Source of the DNA: Octopus sinensis
Taxonomy: Eukaryota
Assembly: GCF_006345805.1 (NCBI RefSeq)
Contig: NC_043001.1
Span: 90,458,001-90,522,000 of the forward strand
DNA: 64,000 nt
Direction: 5' to 3'
Within the stretch, counting starts at the first letter, position 1, and every line of letters starts with the position of its first letter. Position numbers and translations under genes: made by a program. Below, piece after piece: positions 11,546 through 24,674 of this stretch. Below the pieces are notes generated by a model. That model saw only the letters and a list, made by a program, of their open reading frames with translations, ran no database searches and was not told where the DNA came from.

Positions 11546-12127
11546 TAATTTTACTAATAATTACATGAATTAAGTATCTGAACACTAGCTTGATTATTAG
11601 GTTTCATTTGGATGTCGTCTTTGAATTATTTATTCTCTAAACAAATACTTTCATACACCAACCAATGTACAATCGTGTTCAGTTACTCAATGATTCTCTC
11701 ATCACTACTTCGGCAAGAGTTACTAATTTCATGTTTCAGTGTTAAAATTTTAAAAAGGACGATCTAAATTTGTTCGGGGTTCTTTCTGGGTGTTGCATCG
11801 ATAAGAACATGGAAGTAGGGGAAGCGACTCAAGTGTTAGTTGCCCGGTTAGCTATGTAACTCTCCTGCATAGAAAAGGTATAAAAGGTGCTTGGATCTGA
11901 TAGAGGAGGCTATCTTGAAGCGAGAATAAGGAGAAACAAGAGTTACGTTGACGCTCCAGTATACAGACATAGCATTTAAACCTATTGACGAATGCTTGCC
12001 AAAAGAATGTAAATATTATTTTTGTTTTGGACAAAAATTGCATCTTTTTTTCCTGACCGCTTAAATATTTGTAGTTAGTTTTTTAACGCTCCATGCATAA
12101 AACTTGTTAATGTTATAGTCAGCTATG

Positions 12128-12330
12128 AAGGTGGTGAGCTGAAAGAATCGTCAACATAGCGGACAAAATGCTTAACGGCATTACGTTTCTCTTTACGTTC
12201 TGAGTACAAATTCCACCGAGTTCGATTTTCACTGTCGATAAAATAAGTATCACTTGAGCACAGACGTCGATGTAATCGACTTACGCACGCCCTTGAAACC
12301 GCTGGCCTTGTGCCAAAATTTGAAACCAAT
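12128..12330 (+). mobile_element. SINE family B
   Basis: ggtggtgagctg..gaatcg head, acgttctgagtacaaattcc B-box region, gtcgataaaataagta, ggccttgtgccaaaatttgaaacc tail. Confidence 0.85.
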
Positions 12331-12949
12331 ATTATAGTTAGCTATTACTAATAGCTCAGATTCATTTCTCTTCTCATTTCAAATACCGTTCGAGTTGACT
12401 TTAACTTTACTCCTTCCAAATTTACAAAAACAAATAGTAGAAATGTACCGCAATCTTTAAATTAACTATACAGCTCTCTTAAATTCTTAATGGGCTTGTG
12501 TCAAAGCAAAATTTACTATTTCATAAGGTGATGAATTGTCAGAAATGTCAGGACTCTTTTGACTTCAAATATAATTCTGATCAAGGTCGATTTAGTCATC
12601 AGGTATGTACATTTAAGGTTTAATCAGGAGAGAGGACCAGTTCTTTGACTTTCGAGTTTTCCTTTGCTGATGAGACATATATTGTTCGTGTTTAATTTTA
12701 ACATCTGTAAATGGATGTCAGAAGGAAATAAATACGTTGTCGTGTTGCGACTTTTCAGAGGACTAATGTTTTCGGTAAGACGAATTGGTTATAAGACTTG
12801 AGCAATGCCTAAAAGCACGCAAGGCTCTATTGGTGACGAGAGCAAGAGAGTTCTTTGTTTTAGGTAGGCCTGATAGGATAGCAGTAAAGACTACTGCAGT
12901 AGAATAGATAGATATAATTTGTGGACTTGGGATGTAGAATGTATATTGA

Positions 12950-13450
12950 CAAAATGAGAATTGAAGCAACCCGGCGATCGATCACAAAGAATAATATGGC
13001 AAGCCTTGAGTATTGAGATCACCTCACAAAGCTCAAACACTGCAGCGAGCGCTAAGTTCATCTTTATAACGTCGAAAATATAGTCGAAATGCTGTCTAAC
13101 TATGCCGATATCAAGTTCACAAGTCACTCAATGATTATCTCCCGTACCAGACGCTCTCTACAAAAGTCCAACTCCCATCACATGACAACATGACACAACT
13201 ATTTTAACTCAACTGATCCTGCCTTATTCAACACTATTCCAAAAGAAATCAAGGAATATAAAAAGCCCATAACATTCAAACGGCACCTAGACAAATTCCC
13301 CCAAGAAACATCAGACAAACCACCGTCACCCGGATACATTTCGGCAAACTACTTCCTTTTTGAATGGGCTACAATGTCCTAAAACATAATTTAAAAGACT
13401 ACCTTGGGTGGCGCTACTAAGACATGCCCTGGGACAATAATGGCCCAAAT
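12950..13450 (+). mobile_element. CR1/L2-group LINE 3' end (decayed)
   Basis: RIEATRRSITK..MASLEY*DHLTKLK and PALFNTIPKEIKEYKKPITFKRHLDKFPQETSDKPPSPGYISAN match the C-terminal motifs of this group as I recall them. Confidence 0.7.
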
Positions 13451-14065
13451 CTATCTACATTACCTAAGTTAAGATAAAATAAATAAATATCAGGCATATA
13501 TTGCGGGTCGATTATATTAAGTGTAACTTTTTCATAAAGCATTGTAACTTGATACTAATATAAGAAATCCTTATTTCTAATAAATTAAAATAAAGCAGAT
13601 TTGAACCAAACTTCATAGATTGTACTGTTGGATTACAATCTATTGTCAATAGAATAAAGTATTAGAAGCATCTAAAAACGAGGACTTTGAAAATGTTAAA
13701 TATGTCCTTTCTCTAGCTTTTCCACAATACAGCTTTTAAATCGATATTTATTCAATAGAAAGAAATTATGCTCTCAATTCGATAAATGTGAAACTCTGAA
13801 CAAAATTTACGACAAAGTCAAAGTGTTCGAAAGGAAAGGTCGATGAATTTAATATTTTATCGACATTTATAATCTGATTGTGGGTGGTTTTTAGAAACTA
13901 TTCCGATGGAAACGAGAAAAATGCTATTCCATAAGAATTAGAAATAGTGTTTCTTCTAACGTAACCTATAAAAATTACAATTGATCCTCTCAAAGCAGGA
14001 ATAGAATTACACATGAAGAGGCAGGTGATTTAGAGGAAATGGAATTGCTGGTTGAGTCATGATGA

Positions 14066-14066
14066 A

Positions 14067-14106
<40 letters not shown>

Positions 14107-14403
14107 GTAATAATAATAATAATAATAATTCTTTATAGTAATAATCATAATAACGGCAGCTTGTTATAATGGTGATAATGGTGGAGGTAGTAGACTTTGG
14201 TGAAGTTGGTGATGATGGTGGTGGAAGAGAAAGAGAAGGGGAGGAAGAGGAGGAGGAGGAGGTGACTTGTAGTAATAATGGTAGTGTTGTTGTTGATGGT
14301 GGTGGTGGTGGCGGTGGCTGTTGTAGTAATAACGATAATGTTGTTGGTGTTTGTGATGTGGTGATGTGGTGGTACTGAAGTTGGTTGGGTGTTGATTGTA
14401 GTG

Positions 14404-14435
<32 letters not shown>

Positions 14436-14450
14436 GGTGGTAATGAGGAG
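14066..14450. repeat. (AAT)n followed by GGT/GTT/GAG trinucleotide low-complexity sequence
   Basis: Directly visible. Source of the His/Gln/Pro-rich ORF 14164-14622. Confidence 0.9.
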
Positions 14451-15710
14451 GTGGATTTCGCCTACTCAGTTTCACATCTTCCCTCCACACAAGTTCACAC
14501 TTATAATAGGTGTATGGTACGAGATATTTGCTCATAAAGTAATGCAGGGATTGAACTTGCAAAGTTAACAACACAACTAAGTCTGCGCCCTGCACAGCAT
14601 AACTGGTACTGACTAGCCCCATTTATGCCTTAATGGTCAACACATCAGTTCTTCAATTGCTAGATATATCTAGATAAGGCTTTGTTGTGTCTCTATTCTT
14701 TAAAGAAACGGCTTTTAAAGCTGCCTCGTACATACCGATATGATATATTTTCATTTCCGCAGTATCCAATAGCGATATCTTCTCATCGTGGATAATTACC
14801 TTCCTGAAACACTTGCATATTCTGATACGCTCTTCGGAATTTGCTCATTATTATCCTGCTGTCCTTTTCATACAGCTATAGCTGGGCTTATCGTTGTTTT
14901 TTCTTAACTTATAACTGTCTTCTCAGTGAAAATCGCTCAAGGAATTCTATTATCAATAATTATCTTTAGGTTTCACGAACACATAACATTCCTTATAAGT
15001 TATGGTCGTCACTAGTTATTTGGACATTTCATGAATTTCAATGAATAGCTATTTCTCTGTTAATTTTTACGATGGAAACAACGCCTATTTTTAAAATACA
15101 TTTTCCGCATAATATCCCTCAAATATTCATACTAGCATGGTGCATATCTAAATTTAATCCATCCCAGCATTGCATTTATGTTAAATTAACAAAGGTCGAA
15201 CGATTTTGCATGGTGACACAATACTGCATACTTATAGCGAAGGAATTAGTCGGCCGAATTAAAATATAAGGCTGATTTTTATCAATTATTCAATAGCAAA
15301 GTTTCCAAACCTTTTCGGGCCCTCCAAAATTAGTGGGAGAGAAGAAATATCTCACACAAAAAACGTGGCCCAAATACTTGCAAAAGAGTCGATTCTGCTA
15401 AAGGTATCAGGCAACGGGTTAAGTCTACTGTCTTGGTAAGCTCTAACACGTGGGTGGCAAAATTTAAAAAGTACAGGAGGCTAGGAGATCGAAGCTATTT
15501 CATGCAAGATTTGAATTCGCAATGTTGAGCATTGTATAAATTTTATTCTAGTGCTCAACACGCACAGCTTATCTCATGAAATTTAGGCTTAATATAAGAA
15601 TGAAGCAAAGGGAAATATTAAAACATTCAGTCAAACAGCATTGTTTCTGTTCTTTAAGTACTACATAACGAAAAAAAAAGCAATATTACTATTACAGTGA
15701 CAAGCAGAAA

Positions 15711-15738
15711 CACCCCCTCCGGGTGGTTTTCTGCTAGT
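15711..15738 (+). mobile_element. Candidate Helitron 3' terminus (orphan)
   Basis: CACCC-cctcc-GGGTG hairpin, 8-nt spacer, CTAG, then T. Same geometry as 37966-37994. No 5' end found. Confidence 0.4.
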
Positions 15739-16525
15739 AATTGTTGAATTGAAAAATTCTAATGTATACTATATTGTATTGTAATCAGTATGTTAAACGA
15801 AATCAATACCTTAGCTAGCACTAAACGCAAAGTCGTCGGCGTAGATACAGAAATCAACTCAAGGCTTTTGTTATTCGAAGGACTATAGTTTACATACTTG
15901 TATGTAACCGTATGGAACGAAATAGAAATTTCTATGTAATTTTCGTATGATAAATAGATATAGTATCAAATTTTTCACAAATATTCTCAAGATATCTCAA
16001 AGAAAATCTTTGCAATCACTTATTTTGCATAGAAAATAATTGAATAGAGGAGGTTGTGAGAGAGAGAGTGTATTTTAAGGGAAGGTGAGAGAGGAATAGT
16101 TATAAGGATGGAGAAAAAGAAAGACTAATATAAACTAAGCCGGTAAACAAAGATATGGAGAGAGTAAGAGAAGGGTGTACCATACGATAAGGATAAGAGT
16201 GAGAGTCGAAAAGTTATAAGAACGGAGAAAGGCTAAAAGGAATAGAGACAATAAATAAGAAGAGGTGGAAAGAGAGAGAAGGGAGTAAGGCGTTCAAAAA
16301 AAGCTAGCTCGCAGTGTAAGATTTTAAAAAACGCTCTCCTCACAATAAATTAACATTAGCTTTTCTTATTAAGGCATTTAGTCGACATCTTCAATAATAA
16401 AAGAATTTGATATAATAAAAATGAATAATAAAAGAATTTGACATTAATATATTAAAATTGCTAATTTATGTATTTCCTTGGTGGTGTAAACTTTAATAAT
16501 CGCTTACTTTTAGTAAAGGTTACAT

Positions 16526-16772
16526 GAAAAATTAATGCGTCCTTTTAAAGCCTAGCCAGGTTCATAGGCCCGGTTTCCCAGTTTCAATGGCGTATATGTT
16601 CCCCAGCTGGACGGAACGCAGCGTTACTCATTTTTGCCTGCTGAGTGAACTGGAGCAACGTGAAATAAAGTGTTTTGCTCAAGAAGACAACGCGTCGCCC
16701 GGTCCAGGAATCGAAACCACAATCTTACGATCATGATGCTGACGCCCTAACCACTTAGCCACACACCCCAAC
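16526..16772 (-). mobile_element. SINE family C with 11-bp target-site duplication
   Basis: TSD AAAGGTTACAT at 16515-16525 and 16773-16783. tRNA-like head (ggctaagtggttaggg...ggtttcgattcc). Homologous to 24413-24674. Confidence 0.9.
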
Positions 16773-18679
16773 AAAGGTTACATACTCATAACTAATTAAT
16801 AAGCAGCCTTTTTTCATTATAAGTATAGATGGTGGAAGGTTGATTGTCCAACAAAGTGCCTTGATATATTTAGTTATGCTTTACAATCTGATATTGAAAG
16901 TGGACTTAGCCGTTCATTTCCTAAGATTGATAAAATAAGCACCAGTCAGAAACTGCGATGTTGCGATCTAAGTCGGCATTAATTCTGTTCCAAAATTGGA
17001 GATATTGCACAGATGTTAGAAATCAATATCAATATCATAGTAAAACTCGGCTAAATATTGTTGTTCTGCCCAAGGTCAGCCATAATCATAGAATTATGAT
17101 GATAGGTGTTCCAACCATTACTCTCAAATAGTTTTACAAGGACAGGGCGTGATTTGAGAGAGATTTGGCTGTTGTTTCTAACAGATCAAGAGATCGTGTA
17201 GATACTCTCCCGTTAATAGGTCAGACTGAATGTAATGTGGTGATATTAATTGTATTGTAAATATTTAAGGTAAAATCGTTTAAACAGATTTCTTGAAAGA
17301 CATGTAGTTTAGAGAAAACGAAATGTATTGATTTTCCTCGTGTTTTAAAGGCATTTAATCTACATCAAATCCATGAATTGTCAGTAGGAGAATGTTGGTG
17401 CCAAGAGCCACAATATCAAACAATTTAACCTAACGCATTACTTGCTGTATCTTCTGTGGGTGAATAACATATTGCGGAAGCTTGTATTTCTTGGATATAA
17501 CGTGAAATAGATTATTGTATCCCAGCCATCACTTGCAGTTTGAAATAGATCTGGAGAATGGCATCTATTCACAAAGCTGACAGTGACAACTAGGTTCTTT
17601 GGCTTCAAGTTCAATACAAAAGCGACTTCATGTTGCTTTTATTAACCAATAACACATGCTAATGAAACATTTATTAATTATTCAGTTCTGTCACCTTTTA
17701 CATAGGCTCTTAAATGACAACATATTGTATAAGTTATGCTGAACAATGACACATTACAATGTCACAATGAATTCTCGCGTCAGAAGTTACTTGGCAGCTT
17801 CAATATATGAATATCCCGTCCACCACAACTATCCCCAGAATGTCAAATCATCATTTTAGAGTTTAAACTGTTTCACGTGGAGTTGATAAATCACATATAA
17901 CACTCACTGTATAAAATTATAAAAATATAAATACATACAGTATACTATTGTGCTTTCTTGCAATAAAAATAAATTTACGCATGAAGAACTCCAAGTGCTA
18001 AGTAGGCAATATAAGAAAAGAACTCGCTTAACAGAGGAACGACCCCGTTATGGTTCTATTAAGAATTAACTTGAAAGCTTTTTGATCGAAAGGCTAAAAA
18101 TTCGCTGCTTCCACAAATTCTTCTTCCTTTGGTTATAATCCTTATATCTTTCTCTCTCTTCCCCTCTCTCCCTGTCTATCCATCTATCTTTCTTTACCCA
18201 TACAGTTATTGATACGATTTTTAGCTCAAGCAACAGACAATAGAAAACAAAAGACACGTTAAATGATATAGTCGTGTATATTCCTAAAAATCTTATAAAT
18301 AGAAAATTCGCTTTTACTTGCACACTGCCATCACAAAATTTATAAGTACACCTGCATCTTCGTTTTTCAACCGTGATGAACTACGGCTAATGTGCAGTGA
18401 AAGATTAACCTTGATTGTGAAATATATAAGATCATAACCACTGCGCAGATGTTATACTTGGTAAAGAATTTATGTAATTATATAGACAAATTGTCTGCAA
18501 ATTCAAATAGTAATTGCAGTTATTAACATTGAACGAAGAAACTATAATGTTAAACGTATATTTTCTGTCTCCCGCTCTATATATATATAGATACGTGCAA
18601 ATTTCTCATATGCATGCTTGCCTTGTATTTAGAAGCTACTAAACAGACAACTTATCACCGCAAAAAGAATCCATAGGTT

Positions 18680-19085
18680 AGGCGTGGGTGCATGGCAAGA
18701 AGTTTCCTTCCCAACCACATGGTTCCGAGTTCAGTCCTACTGCGTGGCACTTTAGGCAAGTATCTTCTATTGCTTGGGCCGATCAAAATCTTGTGAGTGG
18801 ATTTTGTTGACGGAAAATTAAAGAAGTCCGTTGCACGTGAGTGGGTATGAGTGTGTGTGTGTGTGTTTGTCTTTCTGTCTGCTTTTGTCCTTCACCACCG
18901 CTTGACAGCCGGTGTTGGTGTACTTACAATCCCATAACATAGCGGTTGGGTAAAAGCGGCTGATAGAATAAGTAACAGGCTTTAAAAAAAATTAAGTACT
19001 GAGGTAGGTTTGTTTGACTATAATTCTTTAAGACGTTGCCACTGCATGGCCGCAATCTACGGACTGAAACATGTAGAAATTAAAA
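18680..19085 (+). mobile_element. SINE family A (diverged)
   Basis: caaccacatggttccgagttcagtcc, ggcaagt, gtgagtggattt, internal (GT)n, gatagaataag, gactgaaac. Confidence 0.85.
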
Positions 19086-19182
19086 TATATTATTAAAATA
19101 GATTTAAATATTTAAAGGCTTCACTTTGTGTATAATAAGAATGTGCTTACAATGCCCATAGATCCATACTAAGGCTTCATAT

Positions 19183-19391
19183 TGGCTTCAAATTTTAGCT
19201 CAAGAAATTTCGGGGTAAGAGTCGACTACATCAAACCCAGAGCTCAACTGGTATTTATTTTATCAATTCCAAAAGGATGAAAGGCAAAGTCAATTTGAAC
19301 GGCGGAATTTGAACTCAGAACATATAAAGGGACGAAATGCCGCTAAGCATTTCGCCCGGCGTGCTAACGATTCTGTCTGTTTGCCGCCCTC
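19183..19391 (-). mobile_element. SINE family B
   Basis: ggatgaaaggcaaagtc..ggcggaatttgaactcagaac..gctaagcatttcgcccggcgtgctaacgattctg. Confidence 0.9.
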
Positions 19392-19522
19392 AGGCTTTCT
19401 CATATTTAAATTCATTTCAGTTTTTTACGTTATGTTGTGCACAATATGTGTGTGTGTGTGTGGTGTGTGTGTGTGTGTGTGTGTGTGATGGTGTGTGTGT
19501 GTGTGATGGTGTGTGTGTGTGT

Positions 19523-19560
<38 letters not shown>

Positions 19561-19561
<1 letters not shown>

Positions 19562-19700
19562 ACTGCCAAGGTTGATTTTGCTTTTCATTCTCACGGGGTT
19601 GATAAAATAAGTACTAGTTGAACACTACGGTCAGTGTAATCGATTAACCCCTTCTCATAAAACTCCTGGCCTTGTGCCTGTGGAAGAAAGGATTATTATT
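19561..19700 (+). mobile_element. SINE family B, 3' half
   Basis: aggttgattttgcttttcattct..gataaaataagtac..tggccttgtgcc. Confidence 0.7.
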
Positions 19701-20100
19701 ACAAGTAGGACCTGTGGAAATTCAACGGAATGAAAAAAATTCAGAGGACCTAGTTAAGAAAGAAATGATAATTTGCATTTTTATACCATTCATAGATTAG
19801 CGTCCTTTAAATATCCTTGACGTTCGTCTACATTTATTTTTTCATGTCTTTTCCCTCTTTCTCTTACATCTTCTCGCTGGTCCTCTCTGATCCATGCTCT
19901 ATATCTGCGCATCCTTTCTCGGGCAGCTTGTGAATCCGGAGTTTAGGGCTAAATTAACCCTTATAAACAAATATCAATTTTTTTAAGCAAATAGTCGATA
20001 AATAAATTGCACTTTTGTGTATGCGATGACCGCTATAAAAAAATTACTTCAACAAAAAAGATATCTTTCAATATCCACAAATCACTACCATCACCGTTAT

Positions 20101-20160
<60 letters not shown>

Positions 20161-20529
20161 TTCTTACTTTCTTTCTCTCTCTTTCTCTCTCAATATAACT
20201 GCCTCCTTTTCCCTCCAGCTAACATTTTAACCTTGTAATAAGTATTCCTTCCCCACCACACTGTACGTCGTTAACACTTCTCTCTCCCTCTTTTTCTCTC
20301 CTCGTCTTTTCTCTCGTTCTTCGCCTCTAATTTCAGCTGACCGCGTGACCATTTGGTCTAAGTGTATTAATATTAATCACCTTTCTCTACTTCTCCCTCT
20401 CTTCCTTCACTTCTCCCTCTCTCTCGCACACACTTACTCCACCTCTGAGTCATTTCACCTCTCTATCTAACTAATGTATAACAGGCGAACGAACAAGCAG
20501 ATTATTATATAGATTATTCTCTTGTATTA

Positions 20530-20745
20530 AGGCGGTGAAGCGACAGAATCGTTCGCACGCCGAATAATAATACTTAAAAGTATTTCGTCTGTCTTTATAC
20601 TCTGAGCTAAAATTCTGCCGAGGTTGACTTTGCCTTTAATTCTTCCGGGGATCTATAAAATAAGAATTAATCAAATACTGGGGTTGATGTAATCGGTTTC
20701 CCACTCCTCTCAAAAACTGCTGGTCGTACCAAAATTTAAAACCAT
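20530..20745 (+). mobile_element. SINE family B
   Basis: aaggcggtga..cagaatcgtt head, gccgaggttgactttgccttt, ctggggttgatgtaatcg. Immediately followed by a family A copy. Confidence 0.85.
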
Positions 20746-20760
20746 TATTTTCTCTTATAT

Positions 20761-21160
20761 TAGGCGTAGAAGTGGCTGTGTGGTAAGTAGCTTGCTTACG
20801 AACCAAATAGTTCCGGGGTCAGTCTCACTGCGTGGCACCTTGGGCAAGTGTCTTCTACTATATCCTCGAGCCAACCAAAGCCTTGTGAGTGGATCTGGAA
20901 GACGAAAACTGAAAGAAGCCCGTCGTACATATGTATATATGTATGCATGTATGTGTTTGTGTGTCTGTGTTTGTCTCTCTAATATCGCTTGACAACCGAT
21001 GCTGTGTTTACGTCCCCGTCACTTAGCGGTTCGGCAAAAGAGACCGATAGAATAAGTACTAGGCTTACAAAGAATAAGTCCTGGGGTCGATTTGCTCGAC
21101 TAAAGGCGGTGCTCCAGCATGGTCTCAGTCACATGACTGAAACAAGTAAAAGAGTAAGAG
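20761..21160 (+). mobile_element. SINE family A, full length
   Basis: ggcgtagaagtggctgtgtggtaagtagcttgc...gcgtggcaccttgggcaagtgtcttctac...gactgaaacaagtaaaagagtaagag. Confidence 0.92.
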
Positions 21161-21884
21161 TATTGTTTTACTTCCTTCCCTTTCATTTTGGATATTGTCT
21201 TTCTGTTCCATTTTAAGATATTCAGAGCAAAGAAAACAAAATGCATTCTAGTTGAAACGCTTTGTCAAGGTTATAATAGTGATGATAATACTCGAACCAT
21301 CGATCACTCGGCAGGTAGTTTGACGTCAAACAAATCGTTACATTTCCCCACCATATACTAAACAAAAACGATCGCAAAAATTAGGATTATCAAGATGTTC
21401 ACTTTATGTAGCGTGAAGATCATCTATTTTAGTAAGTAGGAACATTTCGCTCATTAACTAATGTATATGTTTCAAAGCATTGCTGCTTGCTCATTATGCC
21501 GAAATAGTAACAAATGTCTTTCTTGAGAACACCTGCTAAATATCATAACTTAACCAATACATCATAACGCAGCAGTAATAATGTTCTTTTCTTAGAACAC
21601 CTGATATATATAATAATAACCTCTGATATATAAAATAAACACTATATTAAGTCATTGCAACGCTAATGCCATACATTTACATAAACTGATACAGTTTTAC
21701 TGCATATTATTAGAAAATGATATTTTGTTTTTGGGGTTTCTTTTTTAACACTGGCACGGAAAAAATACGCGTCATTAATATAGTAGAGTCACCTTGTATC
21801 TAATAATTCAAAGTCATTTGTGTTAAACAAATTTAATCAATTTATCAAATAAGTAAATGTATTTTCACTTAATCATTCTGGTAT

Positions 21885-22265
21885 AATTTCAAGGCCTAAA
21901 AGTTGGAGGTGGAGCAATTCGTTTGTATCGGCCCTAGTACTTGATTGGTACTTTATTGCATCGACCCCGAGAGGATGAAAGGTGAAGTAGAATTCGGCGG
22001 AATTTGAACTCAACGTAAAGTCGGAAGAAATACCGCTAAACATTTTGTTCGATTCTGCCAGCTCGCCGTATTTCTGTTCTCGAATATCCTTTTTGCTATA
22101 GGTACAAGACTTCAAATTTTGGAGGAAGAGGCTAGTCGATTACAATGGCCCTAATGTTCGCCAGGTACTTACTTTATTGACCCCGAAATGATTAAAGGCA
22201 AAGTCAACTTCAGTGGAAATTGAAATCAGAAAGGTAAAGATGAACGAAATACTGCTAAACTTTCC
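21885..22265 (-). mobile_element. SINE family B, two tandem copies
   Basis: Two gaccccga.a..gat.aaagg..aagt..aa units at about 21960 and 22180. Confidence 0.8.
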
Positions 22266-22779
22266 CATCTTTTGCAAGTGAGTGTAATATGTTAGCTCGT
22301 AGCACCCTTTCCCCGATGTAGTCGCAAGTAGACATGAACACACTCTCTGCAATGCTATGCTAGACTCAACGCGCCATCGACGATGTGACAACTGGTGAGA
22401 GATGAGGCTGCACCAGTGCTAGGTTGATATTTATTTTCAGCTGAAGACTGGTGCAACGTGAATTGAAGTGCTTTGCTCAACAACACAACACACTGCTTGG
22501 TCCCAGAAATAAATCCACTTATATAAGTGAGAGATACACTAATACACATATAACTTAGATTTATACTTATATGGTTATAAATATATGTGGGGGTGGGATT
22601 TTGTGCAAACATACTCATTTGTATTTGTATGTGTGTGTGTGTGTGTGTGTGTATCTATGTGTCTTTACGCACATATATGAATGTTTACGAAGTATCGATT
22701 CGATATATGCAAACTGTTATATGCTGAAGCTCCGAGTTGATAATAACATAAGCAGGAATACAAAATAACGCAACAATAA

Positions 22780-22821
<42 letters not shown>

Positions 22822-23199
22822 ACGTATAAAGTATATAAAACATATAAATACATACATATATGTATATGTATATATATATATATATGCACACATACACACA
22901 CACATATATATATGTATATACATATACAAATAAATATATACATACACAGACATACACAAACACACATGTAATAATAAATGTATAAATAAATAAATAATAT
23001 CTAAGAACGTGCCACCGATTTATTTCGTTCTTCTTTGCTTCGAAAATATTCAATGGTTATAGCATCACAATTTTTAAGTGTTTTTCTGTTCACAATTACT
23101 TTCTATTCAAACCACACAGCGTCGACCTTGAAATTCAGGAAGGTGATTTTTCTGTTCTTTTTTATTGGCCTCTTCGTTTATAATATTCTCGTCGCCAAC

Positions 23200-23400
23200 G
23201 CTTATGTTGACGATTCTTTTGCTTTTTGTTCTTTTGTTGTTGTTCTTGTTGTTTTACTGAGGGTTAGTTGTTGTTGTCATTGTTGTCATAGTTACAATTT
23301 TTCGTGCAATCGCTTAAATTATTGCTGTTGCCACTGTTGATGCTATTGCTGCTGCTGCTGCTGCTACTGCTGCTGCGGTGCTACTACTAAGACGAAATAG
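23200..23400. repeat. (GTT)/(GCT) trinucleotide low-complexity sequence
   Basis: Directly visible; (GCT)n at about 23348-23375. Confidence 0.85.
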
Positions 23401-24412
23401 CTTTTGCTAAATGCTTGTTCTTAATATCGTCTGCGATATTCTTTTAGTCTATTGTTTTAGCTTGTCAGCTTCTGAAAATGTTGTTGATGTCACAGTTGCT
23501 GTAATTATATTTTATTGCTTTTTTTTTTAGTTTCAGTTCTATTTCCAGTGTTATTCATATAGTTGTTCAAGTTATTAACGTTGTTTTTTTATTGTTTCAA
23601 TAAATATTCTTCTTGATGTAATTGCCTCTATTGCAGATACCGCCGTCTAGTTGCTGGATTATTTTCCGTCAGTCTTGTTTCAGGTAATATTTCTTTGCAT
23701 GTCTCCTTATTAAAATAGACTATCAAAAGAGTATTGGGGTCAATTTAATCGAGTAACCCCTTCCTCGAGATTTCTGGGCTTTATGCCTACTCTGGAAAAA
23801 GAATGTGAATTATCAGAATCATTTGAACGTCAAAAGCATATCGTTTGGTATTTGTTTACGTTTTCAGTTCAAATCCTGCCGAAGTCATCATTTCCTTTCC
23901 TCGCAGAATCGTTAGAGTGCCGGAAATACATCTGCAAGTAATCGAAATGAAGAGTTTCGGTTACTACTAATGAAATTTTGCTAATTATCACGGCCTTCAC
24001 AATTCGATTTCATCAAAATTAGTACAAAATTTTAAAAAACTGAGGCATTGTGTCAGAAAATGGCCCAAAATTTAAAAAATAATTTTATTTAGAAAATTAC
24101 AAATTTTTAAAATAATTTTTTTTAGAAAATTACAAATTTAAAATAAAAATTTAAAATTTTTAAAAAGCCTACTTGTTTAAAATATCAAGTTAATAATTCA
24201 ATATAGGATAAGATTTCTTACTTTCAAGGAGTGGGCACAATGAGTAATATTTACTGTATTTTTGGCTTTGACAAAAATATATTATGCACAAATGTACAAA
24301 AACTATATCAGGTAATCAAATTACCTCTAAATGCATTAAAAACACTATAACATATTCAGAACACAGTTTCGGAGAATTATCTTCGTTCTCTGAGTATATA
24401 AAAGACAAATTT

Positions 24413-24674
24413 TATAAATAAATAAATGCGCCCTTTTCAAGCCTAGCCAGGCTCATGGGCCCAGTTTCCCGGTTTCAATGGCGTATATGTTCCCCAGCTG
24501 GACGGGAAGCCAGTCCACCGCAGTGTTACTCATTTTTGCCAGCTGAGTTGACTGGAGCTACGTGAAATGAAGTGTTTTGCTCAAGAACACATCGCATCGT
24601 CCGGTCCAGGAATCGAAACCACAATCTTACGATCATGATGCTGACACCCTAACCACTAAGCCACGCGCCTCCAC
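24413..24674 (-). mobile_element. SINE family C, full length, with 13-bp TSD
   Basis: TSD AAAAGACAAATTT at 24400-24412 and 24675-24687. tRNA-like head tgtggaggcgcgtggcttagtggttaggg..ggtttcgattcc and an (ATTT)-like tail. Confidence 0.92.

Noticed and set aside
14164-14622. His/Gln/Pro-rich ORF resembling a transcription-factor low-complexity region
   Set aside because: It is entirely trinucleotide low-complexity sequence, with no domain and no supporting splice structure.
23035-23340. Hydrophobic, Cys-rich 101-aa ORF
   Set aside because: It runs into (GTT)n low-complexity sequence and has no recognisable motif.
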